64,000 nucleotides of DNA. Source: an uncultured Clostridia bacterium. GTDB lineage: Bacteria > Bacillota > Clostridia > TANB77 > CAG-508. Under the pieces are notes generated by a model that saw nothing but the letters and a program-made list of their open reading frames with translations, was not told the origin of the DNA and did no database searches. The stretch is from the NCBI GenBank assembly GCA_934180065.1, contig CAKPRA010000007.1:1963-65962 (forward strand), read 5' to 3'. This document shows positions 58,110 through 64,000 of the stretch, piece after piece; position 1 is the first letter of the stretch; each line of letters begins with the position of its first letter. A program made the position numbers and the translations under genes.

Positions 58110-59435
58110 ATGGATTTTAATAAAGTACCACCGCATGATATAGAAGCTGAACAAGCTGTATTGGGTTGTATGATTACAGATAAAGATGCAGTTATTGCAG
58201 GTGTTGAATCTATTACAGAAGAAGATTTTTATAGAGAAGATAATAAATTAATATATAAAGCTATTACAAATCTTTACAATAGAGCTGATCCAATTGATAT
58301 TATAACATTAAAATCTGAATTATCATCAATGGGAAAATTTGAAGCTGTTGGTGGTTTTGAATATTTGGCTGGATTATCAGAAAAAGTTCCTACAACTTCA
58401 AATGTTGAAAAATACATTAAAATTGTTGAAGAAAAGTCTACATTGAGAACTTTGATAAAAACTGCTAATGATATTATAAATGCAGGATATGATCCAACTC
58501 AAGAGCCAGAAAGTATAATGGATAATGCTGAAAAGAAGATTTTTAATATTATGCAAAAAAAGAATCAGTCTGGTTATTCTTCAATAAAAGATATATTGGT
58601 AGATTCTTTCACTGAATTAGAGGAGCTTTATAATAGAAAACAGCATGTAACCGGTGTTCCAACGGGATTTATTGATTTAGATAATAAAACTGCTGGTCTT
58701 CACAATTCCGATTTGATTTTGGTTGCTGCAAGACCTGCTATGGGAAAATCTGCTTTTGCATTAAATATTGCTACTAATGCAGCTTTAAGTGCAAATACAG
58801 GAGTGGCAATTTTTAGTCTAGAAATGTCAAAAGAGCAAATGGCTAACAGAATTTTAGGTAGTGTTGCTATGGTTGATGGTAATAGTATTAGAACTGGTAG
58901 AATTGCTGATGATGACTGGATTAAACTTGCTACCGCATCTGGAGAACTTTCTCAAACTGGTATTTTTATTGATGATACACCTGGTATTTCTATTATGGAA
59001 ATTAGAGCTAAGTGTAGAAAATTGAAAATGGAAAAAAATATTGGAATGGTTATTATAGATTATTTGCAGCTTGTTCAGGGAAGCTCTAAATCAGGTAGCC
59101 GTGAGCAAGAAATTGCTGAGATTAGTAGATCATTAAAAATACTAGCAAAAGAAATTAATGTACCAGTCATAGCTTTGTCACAGCTATCCCGTGCACCAGA
59201 GCAAAGACCAGATCATAGGCCAATGCTTTCTGATCTTCGTGAATCAGGATCTATAGAGCAGGATGCTGATATTGTTATGTTTTTGTATAGAGATGATTAT
59301 TATAATCCAGATACAGAAAAAAAGAATATTGCAGAGGTTATTATTGCTAAGCATAGAGCTGGATCTACAGGAACTGTTGAGCTTGCTTGGCTTGGAAATT
59401 ATACAAAATTTGCTAATTTAGCAAAAGATTATTAA
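58110..59435 (+). CDS. dnaB: Replicative DNA helicase
   Basis: PPHDIEAEQAVLG N-terminal motif, Walker A ARPAMGKS, DYLQL and SQLSR motifs. ATG 58110 is preferred over the upstream in-frame TTG at 58092. Confidence 0.95.
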   Translation: MDFNKVPPHDIEAEQAVLGCMITDKDAVIAGVESITEEDFYREDNKLIYKAITNLYNRADPIDIITLKSELSSMGKFEAVGGFEYLAGLSEKVPTTSNVEKYIKIVEEKSTLRTLIKTANDIINAGYDPTQEPESIMDNAEKKIFNIMQKKNQSGYSSIKDILVDSFTELEELYNRKQHVTGVPTGFIDLDNKTAGLHNSDLILVAARPAMGKSAFALNIATNAALSANTGVAIFSLEMSKEQMANRILGSVAMVDGNSIRTGRIADDDWIKLATASGELSQTGIFIDDTPGISIMEIRAKCRKLKMEKNIGMVIIDYLQLVQGSSKSGSREQEIAEISRSLKILAKEINVPVIALSQLSRAPEQRPDHRPMLSDLRESGSIEQDADIVMFLYRDDYYNPDTEKKNIAEVIIAKHRAGSTGTVELAWLGNYTKFANLAKDY

Positions 59436-59538
59436 AAGAAAGGAATTAATCAATTATAGATTAATATATAAGATGTTAAAAAAGTAAGAATGTTATTAAT
59501 GTTCACTTATAATTTATAATTGGTTATGCAAAAAAGAT

Positions 59539-60540
59539 ATGTTTGAGAAGGATATGTTTGAAAAGAAAGTTTTAGAAACAATAAATAAATATAAAATGAT
59601 TGAAAATGGAGATTCTGTTATTGTAGCAGTTTCTGGTGGTCCAGACTCTATAAGTTTATTATATACTTTAATTAGACTAAGAGAAAAATTAAATATAAAA
59701 TTGACAGTTGCACATGTTAATCATATGCTTAGAGATGTTGCTGATTCTGAAACTAGATATGTTGAACATTTTTGTGAATGCAATTATGTTGATTGTTTTG
59801 TTAAGAGAGTTGATGTTAAGAAATTAGCTGAAGAGCAGAAGATAGGTACTGAAGAAGCTGGTAGAAATGTAAGATATGATTTTTTCGAAGAAGTTTTTGA
59901 AAAGATTCATGCTAATAAAATTGCAATTGCACATAATAAAAATGATAATGCAGAAACAGTACTTATGAATATCATGAGGGGTACAGGTCTTTCAGGAATA
60001 AAAGGTATAGAGCCTGTAAGAAATAATAAGATTATTAGACCTTTAATTGAGATGGATAGAGATAGTATTGATAAATATTGTAGTGATAAAAGTTTATTTC
60101 CTAAGTTTGATGAAACAAATTTAGATAATAGTTATACGAGAAACAAAGTTAGAAATTTATTAATTCCTTATATTAAAAATGAGTTTAACCCTAATTTTAT
60201 TGATGGAATTAATAGATTAGCTGAACTTGCAACTCAAGAGGATTCTTATATTGAATCAGTGGTTGAAAAAGAGTTTAATGATATTTTGATTTCTGAGAAT
60301 AGTCAAGAGCTAAATTTAGACTTACAGAAGTTTAATGAGTTACATGATTTTATAAAATCTAAAGTTATTTTTAAATGTATAAATGAACTTTTTGGAACTA
60401 CAAAGGGGATTGAGAAAGTTCATATTGAGGATGTTATTAAATTGTGCAGAAATAATATTGGAAATAAGTATTTAATGCCTAATAAAAATGTGAAGGTTTT
60501 TATTAACAGAGGTGTTATTACTGTTTCTAAAGAGCTATAA
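59539..60540 (+). CDS. tilS: tRNA(Ile)-lysidine synthase
   Basis: PP-loop VAVSGGPDS, HVNHMLR, AHNKNDNAET. Alternative in-frame ATG at 59554. Confidence 0.9.
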   Translation: MFEKDMFEKKVLETINKYKMIENGDSVIVAVSGGPDSISLLYTLIRLREKLNIKLTVAHVNHMLRDVADSETRYVEHFCECNYVDCFVKRVDVKKLAEEQKIGTEEAGRNVRYDFFEEVFEKIHANKIAIAHNKNDNAETVLMNIMRGTGLSGIKGIEPVRNNKIIRPLIEMDRDSIDKYCSDKSLFPKFDETNLDNSYTRNKVRNLLIPYIKNEFNPNFIDGINRLAELATQEDSYIESVVEKEFNDILISENSQELNLDLQKFNELHDFIKSKVIFKCINELFGTTKGIEKVHIEDVIKLCRNNIGNKYLMPNKNVKVFINRGVITVSKEL

Positions 60541-60759
60541 CATTTTTGACAAAGTTCTTTTATAGGCCGGACATGTGAATAGTAATAGTATATAATTTAG
60601 AAATGTGAAACTTTTGTGTAAATGCTTGAATTGTAGGTGAATCTATGTTATATAATATACTTGGATAAAAATATAATTATGTATGGTATATTAAAATAAT
60701 TTATGTAAAAATGTATATATTAATTATAAGTATGCTGTAACATAAAAGGAGGAAATAAT

Positions 60760-62559
60760 TTGAAAAATAGCATTAAAACGTTGGCTGTATGGCTAATTAT
60801 AGGAGTAATTATGATTGTTGGAATAACAGCAATTTATGACAATGCTGATAGGAAGTTTTCATATTCAGAATTTATAAAAAAGGTTAATGAACAAAAAGTT
60901 GAAAGTATTGAATTAAATGCAAATAGAGATTCTGCAATAGTAGCTTTCAATGATGGAACTACAGAAAAGAAAGTAAATATTCCAGATGTTCAAAGCTTAA
61001 TGAGAGATATTGAAGCACCTATCAAAGAAGGAAAAATAAATGTAGAGCAAGATTCTGAATCTATTTGGGTTACTATTATATCATTAATTGCACCACTTGG
61101 ATTATTCATTATTTTTATAATTTTCTTATTTTTAACAATGGGTGGAAGACAATCCGGAAATGGTACAATGTCTTTTGGAAAAAGTAAGGCAAGAGTAGTT
61201 TCTCAAAATGATAAAAATAAAATAACTTTTAATGATGTTGCTGGTGTTGATGAAGAAAAGCAAGAATTACAAGAAATTGTAGAATTCCTAAAAAATCCTA
61301 AAAAATTCACAGACATGGGTGCTAGAATCCCAAAAGGTGTTTTATTAGTAGGTCATCCTGGAACTGGTAAAACATTATTAGCAAAGGCTGTTGCTGGTGA
61401 AGCTGGAGTTCCTTTCTTTATTATAAGTGGTTCTGACTTTGTTGAAATGTTTGTTGGTGTTGGTGCTTCAAGAGTTAGAGATTTATTTGAACAAGCTAAA
61501 AAGAATGCACCTTGTATTATATTTATTGATGAAATTGATGCTGTTGGTAGACAAAGAGGAGCTGGACTTGGTGGAGGCCATGATGAAAGAGAGCAAACTT
61601 TAAATCAATTATTAGTTGAAATGGATGGTTTTGCTTTAAATGAAGGTGTTATAGTTATGGCTGCTACAAATAGACCAGATGTTTTAGATAAAGCTCTATT
61701 AAGACCTGGTAGATTTGATAGACAAATAGTAGTTTCTCAACCAGATGTTAAAGCTAGAGAGCAAATTTTGGAAGTTCATGCAAGAAAGAAGAGATTATCA
61801 GCAGATGTTGATTTAAGAATTATTGCTAAAAATACATCAGGATTTTCTGGTGCTGACCTTGAAAACGTATTAAATGAAGCTGCTTTATTGGCTGCAAGAA
61901 ATAATCAACTTGAAATTAATATGAAAAATGTTGAAGATGCAATGGTTAAAGTTACAATGGGACCTGAGAAAAAGAGCAGAGTTAGAAGTGAAAAAGAAAA
62001 TAAATTAGTTGCATATCATGAGGCTGGTCATGCTGTTGTAAGTAGATTTTTACCAACACAAGATGCAGTTCATCAAATTTCAATTGTTCCTAGGGGAATG
62101 GCTGGTGGATACACAATGTATAGACCAAATGAAGATAAATCATTTATGTCAAAGTCTGAAATGCAAGAAAATATTATTTCTCTATTAGGAGGAAGAGTTG
62201 CAGAAGCTTTAATACTTGATGATATTTCGACAGGTGCAAGTAATGATATTGAAAGAGCAACAAAAATTGCAAGGGCTATGGTTACTCAATATGGTATGAG
62301 TGATAGAATTGGTCCTATGACATTGGGAGTTGGTCAAGAAGAGGTATTCTTAGGAAGAGATTTAGCTCAATCAAAAGAATACTCTGAAGAAACTGCTGCT
62401 GTGATAGATGAAGAGGTTAAAAAGATAATTGAAACTGCATATAGAAATGCTGAGGAAATATTAAAGATGAATATTGATAAACTTCATGCAGTTGCTGGAG
62501 TATTATTAGAAAAAGAGAAAATTGATGGAGATGAATTTGAAGCAATTTTCAATAATTAA
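60760..62559 (+). CDS. ftsH: ATP-dependent zinc metalloprotease FtsH
   Basis: TTG start 8 nt after AAAGGAGG. Two N-terminal TM segments, Walker [17 protein letters not shown] region, zinc motif HEAGHA. Confidence 0.95.
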   Translation: MKNSIKTLAVWLIIGVIMIVGITAIYDNADRKFSYSEFIKKVNEQKVESIELNANRDSAIVAFNDGTTEKKVNIPDVQSLMRDIEAPIKEGKINVEQDSESIWVTIISLIAPLGLFIIFIIFLFLTMGGRQSGNGTMSFGKSKARVVSQNDKNKITFNDVAGVDEEKQELQEIVEFLKNPKKFTDMGARIPKGVLLVGHPGTGKTLLAKAVAGEAGVPFFIISGSDFVEMFVGVGASRVRDLFEQAKKNAPCIIFIDEIDAVGRQRGAGLGGGHDEREQTLNQLLVEMDGFALNEGVIVMAATNRPDVLDKALLRPGRFDRQIVVSQPDVKAREQILEVHARKKRLSADVDLRIIAKNTSGFSGADLENVLNEAALLAARNNQLEINMKNVEDAMVKVTMGPEKKSRVRSEKENKLVAYHEAGHAVVSRFLPTQDAVHQISIVPRGMAGGYTMYRPNEDKSFMSKSEMQENIISLLGGRVAEALILDDISTGASNDIERATKIARAMVTQYGMSDRIGPMTLGVGQEEVFLGRDLAQSKEYSEETAAVIDEEVKKIIETAYRNAEEILKMNIDKLHAVAGVLLEKEKIDGDEFEAIFNN

Positions 62560-62699
62560 AATAGCTAAGTTAATGTTTGATAACTATATTTATTTTCAGT
62601 TTTTATTCGAAATGCAACAACTTTGATACATGTGGTCAATTAGAATTTAGATACGAAAATAATGTTTAAGTTTAAATAATTTTAAAGAATAGTGTAAAA

Positions 62700-62731
62700 A
62701 TGACGAATCACTTTGTGATTCGCCATTTTTT
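62700..62731 (+). terminator. Rho-independent terminator about 140 nt downstream of ftsH
   Basis: GACGAATCAC-TTTG-TGATTCGCC followed by ATTTTTT. Confidence 0.65.
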
Positions 62732-62923
62732 ATAGATTTTTCTTTCGAACATATATAGGCTTATTATTTTAATAATTTATAATATTTCTTAGTTATTTTA
62801 TTATCTTCTAATTCACTATAAAATTTAGCATCAGATTTCAATGCATTATTAATATAAGAATTATTTAAAAATATATAATAGCGAATAGTTACCAACAATA
62901 TATAGAAAATTTGCATTTTAGAC

Positions 62924-62952
62924 TTGCAAATTGATGTAAACTATGATAAAAT
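62924..62952 (+). promoter_or_regulatory. Sigma-A promoter TTGCAA-17-(TGa)TAAAAT for rpsT
   Basis: TTGCAA 62924-62929, TGATAAAAT 62944-62952. Confidence 0.7.
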
Positions 62953-62993
62953 AGCAAATGTTATTAATAAGAGAGCAAGAGGAGGTGCAATAA

Positions 62994-63260
62994 ATGCCAA
63001 ACATTAAATCAGCAATTAAACGTGTTACAGTTATCGAAAAGAAAACTGCTAGAAATAACATGATTAAATCAGGATATAAATCAGCTGTAAAAAAATTCGA
63101 ACAATCTTTAGAAAATGGATCTGCAGAAGAGAAAAAAGCTTTATTATCTGCAGCTACAAAGAAAATAGATCAAGCTTGTACAAAAGGTGTTTTAACAAAA
63201 AATACTGCAGCTAGAAAAAAATCAAATTTATCAAAAAAGTTTAATGCAGCTAATGCATAG
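62994..63260 (+). CDS. rpsT: 30S ribosomal protein S20
   Basis: MPNIKSAIKRV..., basic 88-aa protein. RBS GAGGAGG. Confidence 0.95.
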   Translation: MPNIKSAIKRVTVIEKKTARNNMIKSGYKSAVKKFEQSLENGSAEEKKALLSAATKKIDQACTKGVLTKNTAARKKSNLSKKFNAANA

Positions 63261-63295
63261 TTAGTTAAAAAATTGTGCACAGTTTTTTAACAGTT

Positions 63296-63322
63296 GAGAG
63301 CAAGTAATTGCTCTTTTTTTTA
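63296..63322 (+). terminator. Rho-independent terminator
   Basis: GAGAGCAA-GTAA-TTGCTCT followed by TTTTTTT. Confidence 0.85.
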
Positions 63323-63389
63323 TTTTTATATTGAATTTTTTTTTAAACTAGTCTAGAATTAATAAGTAAAATTTGTAAAGGAGTGTAAT

Positions 63390-64000
63390 ATGGCAAATAA
63401 ATTAATAATCGTGGAGTCTCCTGCGAAGGCAAGCACTATAACTAAATTCATAGGTGGGAGTGTTAAAGTAATGGCCTCTATGGGTCATATAAGGGATTTA
63501 CCTAAATCAAAATTAGCAGTTGATGTTGAAAATAATTTTGAGCCAGAATATATAAATATAAGAGGTAAAGCTGCTCTAATTAAAAGCTTGAAAAAAGAAG
63601 CTAATTTAGCTAAAACTGTGTATCTTGCAACTGACCCTGACCGTGAAGGTGAGGCTATTGCGTGGCATTTAGCTTATATTTTAAATATCTCTCCTGAAAG
63701 CTTATGTAGAGTAACATTTAATGAGATAACAAAAGATGCTGTTAAAGATTCTATAAAACATCCTAGAGCTATTGATAAAAATCTTTTTGATGCTCAACAA
63801 GCTAGAAGAGTTATGGATAGAATTGTTGGTTATAAAATGAGTCCTGTTCTATGGAAAAAAGTTAAGAGAGGGCTTTCAGCCGGTAGAGTTCAGTCTGTTG
63901 TTGTAAAGCTTATTTGTGATAGAGAAGAGGAGATTGGAAATTTTATTCCTGAAGAATACTGGAATATATATGCTAATTTATTAGCTGAAGGTGCAAAGCG
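63390..64000 (+). CDS. topA: DNA topoisomerase I, 3' end beyond the window
   Basis: Not in the ORF track because there is no stop before the edge. ATG 63390 follows [30 protein letters not shown]...MGHIRDLP...[15 protein letters not shown] (Toprim). Confidence 0.9.
   Translation, partial: MANKLIIVESPAKASTITKFIGGSVKVMASMGHIRDLPKSKLAVDVENNFEPEYINIRGKAALIKSLKKEANLAKTVYLATDPDREGEAIAWHLAYILNISPESLCRVTFNEITKDAVKDSIKHPRAIDKNLFDAQQARRVMDRIVGYKMSPVLWKKVKRGLSAGRVQSVVVKLICDREEEIGNFIPEEYWNIYANLLAEGAK

Noticed and set aside
59539-59568. Tandem ATGTTTGA(G/A)AAG duplication at the tilS start (MFEKDMFEKK) as a regulatory feature
   Set aside because: It is only a 15-nt imperfect duplication creating two in-frame ATGs with no associated structure. 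It is noted as start-site ambiguity only.
60541-60759. Absence of a gene between tilS and ftsH, where many Firmicutes carry hpt
   Set aside because: Synteny is not universal. The 219-nt spacer contains only a repeat fragment and a plausible ftsH promoter, with no remnant ORF that I can see.
62764-62916. 50-aa minus-strand ORF (MQIFYILLVTIRYYIFLNNSYINNALKSDAKFYSELEDNKITKKYYKLLK) between ftsH and rpsT, considered as a small hydrophobic toxin-like peptide
   Set aside because: It has no Shine-Dalgarno sequence, and its ATG overlaps the rpsT promoter region. An ORF of this length is easily produced by chance in DNA this AT-rich. It would need ribosome profiling or conservation to be revived.

Overview
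AT-rich Firmicutes/Clostridia-type chromosomal segment using the standard genetic code. Hand counts of sample 100-nt stretches give roughly 15-28% G+C. About 85% of the window (nt ~900-55,550) is a plus-strand array of secreted or cell-surface protein genes. In order these are: a 2,487-aa LRR + GLUG beta-helix protein; a 476-aa MucBP/Cna-B/DUF11 protein; a minimal two-gene cellulose locus (GH5 endoglucanase + PilZ-less BcsA-type GT2 synthase); three TasA/camelysin-like genes, one fused to 4 MucBP repeats and an LPKTG signal; a 3,820-aa protein with a Cna-B-like stalk and several RCC1-type propellers but no anchor; a frameshifted ~1,000-aa thioester-domain (TED) adhesin; and a 6,328-aa TED adhesin. 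Two compositionally distinct genes (~38-41% G+C by hand count) encode small dockerin-type proteins. Each lies directly upstream of a giant gene, and the two share a near-identical promoter, leader hairpin and RBS block. This duplicated 'dockerin-type protein -> giant surface protein' arrangement is the best candidate here for an undescribed system. RNA genes are a minus-strand tRNA-Lys/Glu/Thr operon and a plus-strand tRNA-Arg(ACG). The right end is core genome: an Rpn-family PD-(D/E)XK nuclease, rplI, dnaB, tilS, ftsH, rpsT and partial topA. Intergenic DNA carries at least three families of modular repeats (A, B, C). Module C has a conserved ~110-nt core closed by ~25-bp arms that differ in sequence between copies but still pair. 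There is also a 34-bp x5.5 tandem array that ends in the RBS of the endoglucanase gene, 11-nt phased AAATGTAA repeats upstream of two giant genes, and phased A-tracts between divergent promoters. I found no CRISPR array, prophage, IS transposase, integrase or recognisable defence system. All domain calls come from motif recognition by eye and need HMM or structure confirmation.
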